A stretch of DNA of 64,000 bases. Origin: Vicugna vicugna (Eukaryota). Positions 1 through 11,514 of this stretch are shown here, piece by piece (position 1 is the first letter of the stretch; every line of letters begins with the position of its first letter). The notes beneath the pieces were generated by a model. It was not told where the DNA came from, made no database searches, and saw nothing but the letters and a program-made list of their open reading frames with translations. The DNA is taken from the NCBI GenBank assembly GCA_013265495.1, contig MU058198.1, positions 694,419 to 758,418 of the forward strand, in the 5' to 3' direction. Both the position numbers and the translations under genes were made by a program.

Positions 1-1997
1 GAATGAGAGCCTCGCCGTGGGGGAGGCCGGAGGACAATCGCTCAGCCACTCTCCAGAATCGCCCAAGAGAAGGCCGAGCAGTCCCTCCTGATGAGCTGAG
101 CAGGACCAGACTGTAGGGTGCTCCCCTGGCAAGATAAAAAGGGCAAGAGAAGCAGCGGCTGGTTCCCACGTACACTGAGCAAGTTCCTCTGGTGCTGATC
201 AAGACCGGGAGATGTATTCCCGTCACGACCGGAGGTGCCCTGAAGAGCTGACTCAGACGCAGAGCCTCGCTTTCTAGGCATCAGATGGCCGCTTCCATTG
301 TGTCTCTCAGGGCTAAATCCTCGGAGGGCCAAGTTCACATTATGCGGGAGGCGGCCCCCTGGATCGCTGCTAGCACAGTGTGGAGGACTCTAGAACAGGC
401 CAGTGCTTGGTGGTCAGGGCGCAGGCAGGCCTGCTCACCACCGCCCCGTGGGGCACCAGTGCACCCATGCTGGCCTCGCCAGCATCCACACCTCAGTCCT
501 CCTTCCTGGCTGGGCCCTGAGTCTCCCTCCACGTGCCAGGGGCTGGCTCAGGAATAGGTATGTGACCCACTGCTGGGCAATGAGTTATGACAAAAGGTCT
601 CTTGAGGGGCTTCTGGAAGTCTCCTTGAACCATAAGATTTTTCTTCCTCTTCTGGAATGGTCTAGTGTACTGCTGTGCTGCCTGGAATTGCTAGTCATTT
701 TTCTACCAGCCTGATGAAGCCAGCACTGAGTACGGAGGAGCAGAGAGACAAAGAATGCTCCCTCGTGAGGAGCTGAATCAACCCCGACAACAGACCCTCC
801 TGCCACGTGAGAGGCTGAGTCCCTGGCTGTCTAGGCCGGCCTGAGACGGGACGCCTGTAGGGGCCGTTCAAGCCAAGTGATGTGAAAAAGGCCCAATCAG
901 AACTTACACGGTGGGAAGCGCGATGCTGGGTGGATGGAGGTGGTGGCCATGTGTCACTCAGGTCACTGAACCTGGAGCTCTGGGAGGCTGGCTGGACAGT
1001 CAAGCCTGGGAAACACTGTTCCTGCTGCTGAGGAGCAACATCCCGTCTTCCCTGTGTGTCCTGCCTCTGGGCACCTGACCTCCACAGACGGCACCTGGGA
1101 GTCTCTTTCTTGTGACTGAAAAGAGTCCAATAAACAAATCCCTGGGAACGCATCTGTCACGGGTTCACGCGAAGGGCTAACGAACTGCCCCTCTAAAATG
1201 CCTCGTTCACAGTCCTGCTGAAGCAAAAAGACTAAATCCAACCACAGCACAGGGAAGCAGGGCAAAAGGCAAGACTGGCTTAGAAACACACTTCCCAGCG
1301 GCAGAGGAAGCTCAGCCACACCTGCCAGGTGGCAGTGCAGGCGCCTCTGTGCCTGCGGCTACTCCAAGAAGGGAAAGGAAAGTGAGCTTCCTCGCCCCCC
1401 TTTACATCAGCCCCACTTCCTGTTTGAGATTCCGACATGCAATAAGCTTGTTTCTCAAAAGACATTTTAAGCCCCAATGAGTATTCTGGGTGACATTCTC
1501 AAGAGGGGACATTCAGAATACTGAATTGTGGCGCAGGACTTGGGGCACAAAAGTACTTGGCACTTAACTGGTTGGGTGACCCCAGGCAACTTTATTACTT
1601 CCTCCCTGAACCTCGGTCTCCTCATCTATAAGATGGGGATGATAATAGCACCTATTTCATTGTTACGAAGATTAAATACATTAATGCGAGGGAGACACTT
1701 CACTATGTGCCTGGCACACACGCAGCACTCGACAAGCGTTAGCTATTCCTACCTACACACACCGCAAGGCGAACGGATGGAACGCTTCACACAGCACACA
1801 GGCGGTTTTAGCCCCTCACACGATCTCCTGGCTCCTGAAACCCGAGCTGCCCTCACCCCGGTCTGTCCAGGCGCGACAACACAGTTGCCCTTAATCTCTG
1901 CAGGAGTTTGATTCCAGACAACTGTCCTGTGGCTTTCATCTGCGTAACACAACCATAAAAGCAACTGTGGCTGTTCTGGGGGACAGGGCAGTAGCGT

Positions 1998-2309
1998 TTA
2001 ATCTTCAAACTTGACTGACTTGGACGCGTTCCTGTCAATGTAGAAGACCTTGCCTGGGGCGGGGGCGAAGCCGAGGCCGGCCCCGCGGCTGGACTTCCAG
2101 CTCAGGGCCCGGTCGTAGTCCCGCTGCAGGTTCTGCTGCAGGGTGTCGGCCGCCTTCTTGCTCAGAGCCATGTTGGGCCTTCCGGTCGTGCTGGGGGGGC
2201 GACTGAATGAAGGGGATAGATTTTTAAAGCCCCCCATGAGTTTGAGGAATTTCAGTTTCTGTTCCTCGTTTGCAAGACCAGCAGTATCCCATTGGCCAAA
2301 CTGAGTTCC
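1998..2309 (-). CDS. KNOP1: KNOP1 last coding exon, SMAP (small acidic protein-like) domain, GTQFGQWDTAG...KSVKFED*
   Basis: Acceptor CCACAG|GGA; 103 codons plus TAA. Motifs W...KFLKLMGG...LQRDYDRA...GLGF are typical of the SMAP domain. The four exons sum to 458 aa, matching the length I recall for human KNOP1. Confidence 0.95.
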   Translation of the reverse strand, partial: GTQFGQWDTAGLANEEQKLKFLKLMGGFKNLSPSFSRPPSTTGRPNMALSKKAADTLQQNLQRDYDRALSWKSSRGAGLGFAPAPGKVFYIDRNASKSVKFED

Positions 2310-4547
2310 CTGTGGTGAGAGGAAACAGGTGGTCACTTTCCGGGTTTCCAAAGCCCTTTCCCTTCCCCGACCCCCAGCCGCACAGGGGAGGGGCCAGAGC
2401 AGCAGGCCCAGCGACCGTCCCAACCCCAACCGGAGCCCTTGGAGCAGCACCGCTGGGCCCGCCTCACTGACGAGGAAACGGCGGTCTGCGGCTAACCGGG
2501 GGCACTTCTAGCCCTGCTGGAACTCCATCTCGGGCCTGGCCCACACCAGGGCTGCCTGTCTGCTGACTCCTCCCCCAGGTTCGTGGCAGACTGTCACCTC
2601 ACCAGGTGGAGGAGGGCAGGTGCTTCTCACAGCAGCTCGGCTGTTACAGGCAGGAAGGGAGTGGAGGCCCCGAGAGGTAAAGGGTCACACAAGTCGCAGG
2701 CTGAGCCAGCCCAGGAACTTGGGGGTTCCACTTCCTTTCCAGGGCACTCTACAACCCAGGGCACACATCTCCCGTGTTCAAAAAAATGCAAGACAGCCTC
2801 TCAGGGCCGTGGCCTAAGAGCAGACCCCTTCCCTCCCAGGTCTGGGCAGAAGCAAGAAACCCAGCTCCCCTTGAAGACTACAGCTCTGAAGACTCAGAAT
2901 CAAGCCCCGTGTGTGTGGCCCTGGTCGAGTTACCTAACCTCTCTGAGCCTCAATGTCCTCATCTATAAAACGGGGGTGCAACATCCCCGACAGGGCTTCA
3001 GTGAGGCTCAAATCAGGGTCTGTACAGACACCCAGAGCACGATGCTTGGCTCAGCTGAAGTGGAGAACTGTGGTTCCCCCCCGCACCCCACTGCTGACCC
3101 ACGCTGCCTGGGGACTGTCTGCTTATTGCTAGGTCGGCTTTGGGAGAATAAGCACCAGTCGTTACTACCACTGCCTGGAGTGAACCGGTGACAGTTCTTC
3201 CAGCTTCGCCGTGGCCCAGATACAGGCATACTGGCAGCGTCCCAGGCCTGCAGTTTCTAGAATGAGAGGCCACCTGAGACAGCTCCACACTAGGCCTGAG
3301 GAGACCGCCGCCAGGGGCTGGCTGGTCGGTGAGCCAGCACTTCGGAGGGCTGCTGACCCCTCAGAGGGACCCTCAGCCGGTCCGGAATCCCCACCGCGTG
3401 CCTCAGCAGTCAAGAGGCCCCGGGCCCCAGGAGGCAGTGCCCCCTAAAGCATCCCCAGAGGACGGATCTCAGCCCCCAGCCCAGGGATGGCCCTCCTGTT
3501 CCCAGGCCGCCCAGGGGTAGCCTCTGGGCCACTGCTCTGCAGGACGTGGCCCTGTTTCCTGCCTTCCTCACTGAATCAGGGAGTCCCATCAGCTCTGCTC
3601 AGCTCAAGAGGATGGAGAGAAAGGAGACACAGAGGGATAACAAGTAACCAGGCCCACCCCCGACTCCACGGGGCCAGCGTGCATGTCCCGTTGTACTGAT
3701 GTGGAAAATGAAGCCCAGAGAGGGGAAGGTACTCACCAGGAGTCTCAAACTGGGAAGTGAAAACTAGAAAACTAGAAAGCCAAGAACTGATCTCAGGTTT
3801 TCTGGTGCAAATTAACTACTCTTTCCTGTGTTACGCTGTGGAGGCTTCACACAGTGCAAGGCTTCCCATCACCTGGGCCCTCTCTCCCAAATCCAATCTA
3901 CGCTAGGCGGTGAAGCTGCTCTCCTGTCCACCCCACCCCCGGCCTCAGGCCTACAGGCTGGGCCTCCCACCCCAGCCCTCAACCTCTCCCACATCGACGC
4001 CCTCCAGCAGTGCCCACGTTAGAGCCCTGTGGCCCACCGCCCCCCTCGTCCCTCTCTTCAGCCTGGCCTTGTGGTGCCCATGCTGTACACCACCCCCAAC
4101 CAGCCCCATCTCCTAGGGCCCGCCTGGCTTGGAAACCTCCCATTCCAGCTGGCCCTCGAAGCCAGGCCTGAGAGAGGCCTGCCACAGCCCCCTCTCACTC
4201 TGCCTCCTACCAGGCCCCAGCAGCCTTCTGAGGGCACCAGCCACTGCTGGACAGCTCGTCATCAGCGTCCCTGGCGACTAATGCCTGGGCCACCCGGCCC
4301 GTCCAGAGCCAGAGACAAATGTCCAGGCTGCTTATCTCGCACGGCCAGCTCTCTGGGAGGGAGGCAAGCACCCCTTTCGGGAGGAAAGGAGTCAGCTCAG
4401 GACAAGCTCTGCAGCAGAGGGAGCCAGCTGGTGGGCTGGGGCTGCCTCTGGGCCGGATGATGTCCCTGTGCTGTGCCCCTCCAGCCGCAGGGAGAGGAGG
4501 GGCCGGGAGGCTGGAGCACCACTCCCGGAGCCCAGCAGCACACTTAC

Positions 4548-4625
4548 TGTCCACTTCTTGGTGTCAGAAGCTTCTGTTTTGCCTGACTCACGATCGATCT
4601 CTTCTTGTAAGGCCTTTCGCCTCAC
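4548..4625 (-). CDS. KNOP1: KNOP1 exon 4 (VRRKALQEEIDRESGKTEASDTKKWT)
   Basis: Polypyrimidine tract plus CTCAG|GTG acceptor, donor ACA|GTAAGT. 78 nt, phase 0/0. Peptide in ORF 4392..4784. Confidence 0.94.
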
Positions 4626-5184
4626 CTGAGCAAGTGAAAGGAAAGCAAAGAGGGAAATGACAGGCGTTTTCCTCTGAGCTTCTAACCCAGGACAGAGACG
4701 GGGCGGGGCGTGGGGTGGGAGCAGCTTTACTCTGCCGCAAAAATACCCTCTAAGCATCCTTGACCTAAAGCACGCAGGCCTCATTCATCCTTGTTTTTCA
4801 TTCCTTAGGAATGAATCTTCCCAGACACTGAAGTTTATCCGCCTTCAGCATTAGAACTCTTTTTGTTTCTAACAGCCATTTTGGGTGGCAACTTTCCCAA
4901 AACACACTGCCTGAAGCCCTGCCTGCACAGAGGGTGATGGGGTTAACTTTCTTGCTGACCGCATCATTTTCTAGAAAGAACACAGGCTGTAGTCTGAATA
5001 GTCTGAATCCTAGCACTGCCATTAACTAGTTGTGTGACCTTTGGTAAGTCACTTCATCTTTCTGTACTGTTCTGTTTATCTGCAAACAGATGGAAACATC
5101 AGGTAAGCTGGAGGATAAAGGGGAGACAGAGAACTGTGCTTTACAATAAGACACCGCTAACAAGAATCATATTATATATATAAA

Positions 5185-5880
5185 TATAATGTTATCATCC
5201 CCAGTCCCAGCACAGAGCTCCAAAAACCTTTGGAATTCCCTAAGTGCAGAGAGGAGCAGGGTGCCTTTTGTTATGTTAATGAGGTGACTTTCAGAGGCAA
5301 CTTTAAGATGGGGGCTGCAGGCCAGGAGGGTTGGAACACCCAGAACCAACCCCCTGACCTCTGGAGACTGAGCCTCCCACCAAATGGCCAGGGATTTAGT
5401 CAGTCGTGTCTAGGTAACGAGACCTCCATGAAAACCCACAAGGACGGGATTCAGTTTCTGGGTTGGTGACACTGGAGGTTTGGGGAGGGTGGCGCTCTCA
5501 GAGAGCACATGGAAGCTCCAAGCACCCTCTCACACACCCTGCCCTGTGCACCGCTTCCATCTGGCTGTCCCTGAGTAAGACCCTTTTATAATAAAGCCGT
5601 AAACTAGTGAGTAATAGGTTTCTCTGAGTTCTGCGAGCTGCTCCAGCAAACTGACTGAACTGAGGAGGCCTTTGGAACCTCTGATCTATAACTGGTTGAT
5701 CAGAAGCAGAGATGACAACCTGGCTTGGGACTGGTATCTGCAGCAGGGGGTGGGAGTTGGGGGCAGTCTGATGGAACTGAGCCCTTCGCCTGAGGGGTCT
5801 GACAGGGTCACACTGAGCTGAACTGTAGGACACCCAGCTGGGATCAGAGAATTACTTGGTGGGAAAACCCGGCCCCACGT
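5185..5880 (+). mobile_element. MER21-like LTR in KNOP1 intron 3
   Basis: Resembles recalled MER21 blocks (ATGTTAATGAGGTGACT; CATGGAAGCTCC...CCATCTGGCTGT; AATAAA; GGACACCCAGCTGG). Confidence 0.7.
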
Positions 5881-7712
5881 TAAGCTGCTGCGTGCAGAAC
5901 GCAGAGCCTGAGGTGGCCCCGGCACACAGGGGGCACACCTCGTACACCTCGTACGCTGTAGCTAGCGTGGCTCAGCCCACAGTCAGCGCACCGATGACCC
6001 TGCTGTTCAACACGGAAGCTTCCAGGGCCTTATCCTTCCTCCCAAGGGTTCAGGTATAACTTCAGCTGTCCCTTTGGTGGCCCTTCCCCTTCTCGTCCAA
6101 TCTGCCACGGGCAGCCAAACGAGGTGGGCATTTATTGAGTTCAAAAGTACATAAAACAATTCCAAGAGACAGCTGCAGGCATGAGAGCGAGAACGGTGGC
6201 ATATTCCCACATGGGGTCCTGCTGTCCGCGCGGAACGTACAGGTGTGCGCTTACTGAAGCCGACAGTTCACCGGCTAAATGACAGAAGTTAAAGGAGCGG
6301 TGTATGCAGCAGGGCTGAACAGCGCTTTACAATCACACAGATGTGCAGTTACAAAGGGAAGGTTCGGAAGAGTGCAACAACGAAGGATGAGCAGCGATCA
6401 CCATTCGGGGGCAGGATCTCAGGTTGCTTTCTTCCGCTCAATGTTTTACTATAATGAACTTTAATTACTTATGGAAAAAAGAGAGGGGGAAGTGGGACAG
6501 AAAATTTCACTCACACTGAGATAATCTGTCACCCGAAATGGTTAGAAGTTTTCTTGAAAACCCTAAAGTGTTTAATAGGCACAAATACATAAGAAGCAGA
6601 GAGGTGGTTGGTGAGCCCTGCCCGCATGATGTGCACAGGCCGGGCATCGTGCTGTGAGCCGAGTGGCCGAGGACACCTGGAGAAGGAGCTGAGGGGAGGG
6701 GCTGGGCCTGGAGTTGGGGCCCCACCTCCGTCCTCTCTGCATGGCCCCCGCGGGGTCCTGCAGCCCTGGTCCTGGCAAACTGCAGGACTAGGACCTGCAG
6801 GGGAGCTCTTGTTTCTGGGGGGGCCCCTCTGTGACACCCCCTCCTCCAGCGAGAGGGTCCCCAACGCCCCAAAGGCATCAGGTATGGAGGTAACGTGGCA
6901 CCTTGTAGGGCTCCCTCCTCACTCTCAGCTCACTTGTAAGCACTCACTCCGTTTCTCTTTCTCTCCTGGAGGAGCAGGGCCATGACACAGGGGCTGTCTC
7001 CACGTCTAATCCTGCTGCTTCTCTCCAGCAATCACTTGCTGACACAGCGTGAGGACGCAGGCAGGTTAACAGCTGCCACTTACTAAGCACAGGTCTCAGG
7101 CAGGCCCCTGCTGAGTGCCTCCCAAACCCAGCCTCGCGTGACCTTCACAGCCACTGATGTGAGGGTCGTGACGTTAGTGACCGCCAAAGGTCAGTCCAAG
7201 GCCACACCTATGCGGTTACTATGCTGTCCTGACAGGCTTTGGGCTCCAGGAACATAAAAATATCCTAATTCCAGAAAGTCCAGCCCCCGTACAGGATCTG
7301 GGCACAACAGAAGCAGAAACTTGTCCACAATAGAACAACTTCTCCAAACGCTCCTCAGTCGAGGCCAGGGGGTGGTAACGCGGGGGCGTGGCTGAGCACG
7401 TGTTCCCCGCTCCACCGCGGCTCCCCAGGACACGTCCCCTTCTCCTCCTGCAGCGGTGACCAGGAGGAATGCCTCACCTGGGATTCTGAATGACCAGATG
7501 GCCCCTCAGCCAAAGCTATGGCAGTGAAGGGGTCTCCCAGCATGAAGCAGGGGAGGCCACGAGCTCCTGTCCAGCGGAGGTGTGCCAGAGGCTGGCCTGG
7601 TGGCCTCTGGACTCCCTGACACCTCTGGGCCCAGGACCTCGTGGCCTGGCAGGAGGCGAGAGCAAGTCTGGGGTGGGAAGACACACGGGAAGGGGTGAGG
7701 ACCGGGCCGTAC

Positions 7713-7781
7713 CTGGTCTATGTGCGTCTCGTCCATGTTGCCTTTCTTTTCCAACACCACCTCTAAGTCTGTGTCGGGCTC
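7713..7781 (-). CDS. KNOP1: KNOP1 exon 3 (EPDTDLEVVLEKKGNMDETHIDQ)
   Basis: Acceptor GTGCAG|GAG, donor CAG|GTACGG. 69 nt, phase 0/0. Peptide visible in ORF 7506..7979. Confidence 0.93.
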
Positions 7782-10596
7782 CTGCACGAGAGGGCAGACA
7801 GAGTGAGTCGAGCGGACCACAGCCTCTGGCCCAGCAGCCCAGCCGGGTGCGACCGCGGGAGCCCAGAGAAGACGGGAGACCGCAGCCCTACCCCAACCCC
7901 CAACACCCACAGAACCCCTGACAGCCCTTCTCCTCCACAGTTCTCCCCGACTCTCCCCTTGACTATGGCACTGACTCATTTGACAGATGAAGATACTAGG
8001 GCTCAGAGAGGTGAAGTGGCTATCACGAGGTCACCCCCACAGCTCAGGGACAGGGCCGACACTAACCCAGGCCTGGAGCACAACCCTTCCTGCCAGATGT
8101 CACCTCACTTCCCAGGGCAACATCAAATCAGCAAGAGGAGAGAGGCTAAGGTCCCCACTGATGCTGGGAGGCGGGCTGGCAGGGACCAGAGAAGGCAGAG
8201 GTGGGGGCCCTGCGGCAAACCCAAACTTCCCCCATTCTCTCCTCCCTACTCCCCCTGCACCCCCGTGTCCTGGCCGGCGCCTTCTCTGCTGCCTGGACAG
8301 CCAGCGCAGGCTCTGACTCCTGCTTCCCCTCCCCCCACGCAGCTCGATCCCACACAGCACCTCGGGTCCACCTTCAACTTACCCGATGTTCTGTGTCAAT
8401 CATATCTCAACTAAAAAGTATTAATAAAACAAACTCAAGAGCATCACATCACCCCATTCCCCCAAAACCTCCAGGGGCTCCCATCTTGTTTACATGACAA
8501 TCTGGCTCTGCTGCCCCAGCCTCTTTGCCCCCCCCTCCCAGGGCCTTTGCACCTGCCACTCACTCTGCACAGATGGCATGGCCTTTACAGGTCTCAGCTC
8601 CCCCGAGGTCCTCGCCAGGCCTGCCCTGACCACGCTCACACAGGCCATGCTCTCTCAGTGGCCTCAGCCCCTGTGGGACCCGTGGACAGCAAGACCTTGG
8701 GTGGGCCACTCTCCCCAGTCCTTCAGCAGCGACATCCACCACATGTCCTGCATCCTCACTTCAGCTGTGCTCTGCCTGGCACCCAGTGTCACACGTGATG
8801 AGCCTGGGATGGCTCTGTTCACTCATACCATGTGCTGGGACCCTGAAGATGCACGGCACGTCCTGACTCCATTGGCTGTGCTGGGGGACAGAGTCTCCAT
8901 CACGGGAGACACTGAGCAGAGGGACTAACTACCTTTCACTGGGCTCCTGGGAGAAGGGATTTTAGAATTCTGATGGGGGTTGAGCTGCAAGCCTCTGGGG
9001 TTCCTCCTGGCCCCGAGAGTGTGTGAATAAAGGAAGCGACCAGTGAAACCTAGTCTCCTGGACCAGGGCAAAGCTGCAGAAATCCAGGAACCAGAACCAC
9101 CTCCTGCGGGCTCCAACGTGGAGGCTGCCCCCGCCTCCCCAACCCCATGTGGCCGAGCTGAGCATGCGCCACCCTGTGACTCAGCTCAGGGGCTCATCCT
9201 TCAGTTGGCGCTGTTAACAGAGCCCTCGCCTCTCGGCCAGGCTGGCCCCTTGTGGCAGCCATGACTCTTACTTGAGACCACAGGCCCACGGCTGGTCTGA
9301 GGTCACCCTGGTTGGTGCAGAGCTGCGAGGAGAACCCAGGGCTTGTTCAAATATAAAACAGTCATTCCTCTGGCTCTAATGATACCGGCGTCTACGCGAG
9401 CTTACACAGGGGGCTTCCGAGAAAGGAGAAAACCCCAAGTTCAGAAGCCACATTGGGTCTGAAGCCCAGTCCTGTCCCTTAACAGGTGACCTCTTTTGAG
9501 CCTCCGTTTCCTTGTCTGTTCAGTGGGGATAACCGCAGCAGCGACCCCATCAGATCACAGGGAGGATTAAGCAGGTCACTGCGTGGAGAACACGAGCCCA
9601 GTGCCAAGCACACAGTAAGTGCTCGTGAAAGGCCAGCTCTGCTGGGAGTGGAATGGGGGGCCGGCACACACTGAGGACAGGAGCGGCGGCCTGGCCCTGG
9701 TGGTGGTACAGACAGGGGAGACGGGGGGGGGCCTGTGGGGTCCCCGTGCTCTGCACCGCCCCAAGACGGAGAGACCACATCTGCTGCCTTCACAGGCTGC
9801 CATCCCTTCCCTTCCTCCTCGTAACAGGACCCTGGTTTTCCTCTCAGAAACTGCCTTCCCTGGTTAGAGACAGTGGGGTTCAGGTGGGACTGCTACCCTC
9901 AGCCTCTTCCCACTGGCCTCAGATCAGGGCTTCTGGCTTGTGTGACCCAGTCGAGGTCTGGGAGAGCAGTGCTGAGACTTTTCCTGTAATCGTTTTGGAG
10001 GGCTGTCCTTCTCCCTTTGCGGGTGGCTTAACGATCATGATGAAAGCCTGGAGCTGCCGGGACCATCCTGTCATGGGTTTGGGGTGGGGAGGAGCCTGTC
10101 TAAGATTAAAACCAGCATAGAAAAATACAAATCCCAGAGCTGGAGAAAGCCACACAGGCATCTCCTGCAATCCAAATCTATTCCTAAATTGTGTATACAG
10201 AGCTCAGAAAGAAAGCTCAGATAGCTATGGACACCATGCTATCTCAAACTATTTGGTTTCTGAGTTTTGGACAGCAAGTGGCAAGTTTAGAGAGGGAAGG
10301 ATCTACCTGAGAAACTTATCCCAATTTATCTAGCTGTTGCGTGCACATAGAGAGGACTTGGGTAGATTTCTGATAGCAAGGGATACCTGTATTATTGAGA
10401 CTATTACACAAGCACATGGATCCAGCCATACCTGAAGCTAGACAGCTTTTAACTTTTCTAGTTACATGTGTCATTAAATCCCCTTCCTGACTGAAGTCAG
10501 TTTAATCAGGGTTGAGGGCCTGTGTGTACACACACACACTCCCAACTTCCACCCTTATTCTCCCCCAAAAAAGTCCACTTTTGAAGGACAGCATAC

Positions 10597-11514
10597 CTCC
10601 TCCCAAGGTTCTGCTGCTGCTCTGCTCTCCTGCTTCTTCTTCTTCTTCTTCTTCTTCCTCTTCAAAGTTGACTCCTCAACGCCTGTCTGCTCTGCTTTTT
10701 TCTTGGACTTCATTTTCTTCTTTGCAGGGGTCCTGGGGCCATCTCCTAGAGGAATGTATTCTGGAGCCTCGACTTTGACTGGCTTCTTTTTACTTCTTTT
10801 CCTAGAGCTGCTCTCCACAGACATGGAGAGCTTGGGGTGTCCCAGGAGGGTATCTCCCTCTTGATGGATTTTCTTTTTCTTCTTCATCTTCATGCTGTGT
10901 TCCCTGGGGCTCCCCTGCTTCCGTTTCTGCCCCGAGGCTGCCTGCTCCTCACCATCCTTCACTACTGAGCAAGTGTAGGGAGCATCCCCAGCCTCACAGC
11001 ACCAAGGGTCCCTGGCTGAGACGGCTGTGGTTTCCTGAGCCTTTTTCTCCTTCTTTTGTTTTTTGAGCTTCTTGCCAACTCTGGTCACCTCGTCATCTTG
11101 CCTGGGATCTGGGGAGGTCTTCACCCTCAAGCCAGGGGACAAGGACTTCCTCTTTCCTTTTTTCTTCTCCCCACTGAGCTCGGATGGACCAAGCACCTGC
11201 TTCCCGGGGCTGGGCGACGTCTCAGTCTGTCCAGCCCGTGATGTGGTCTCAGGTTCTAGGGGCTCCCCGCAGCCAGTGCTGTGACCCTTCTTTTTTTTCT
11301 TCTTTTTCTTCACTAAAGGCATTTCGGGTGCCTGCCCTTGGACCACATTCTTCGAGGGTGATGTGACTCTTGTGGGACAAACCTCAGCAGAATAAGTGTC
11401 ACTGTTTAAAGCTGAATATTGAGTCTCTGGTTCTTTGACTGCCTTCCTTTTCTTCTTCTTCTTTTTCTCTGGGAGCCCAAGGCCCAGGTCTCCTTTGTGG
11501 GTCTTAGTGATCAT
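10597..11514 (-). CDS. KNOP1: KNOP1 coding exon (exon 2), lysine-rich N-terminal 306 aa (MITKTHKGDL...AAAEPWEE)
   Basis: Part of ORF 10555..11559, with repeated poly-Lys tracts. ATG at 11514 lies 1 nt after the acceptor (T)n-AAG. Donor GAG|GTATGC at 10596. Length 918 nt = 306 codons, phase 0. Protein recognised as KNOP1/C16orf88. Confidence 0.95.

Noticed and set aside
1591..1596. AATAAA on the minus strand about 400 nt past the KNOP1 stop
   Set aside because: It sits within a MIR fragment with no clear downstream element, so the transcript end cannot be assigned from sequence.
2583..3191. 202-aa plus-strand ORF antisense to KNOP1 intron 4
   Set aside because: GTG start, overlaps a MIR, and no recognisable protein similarity.
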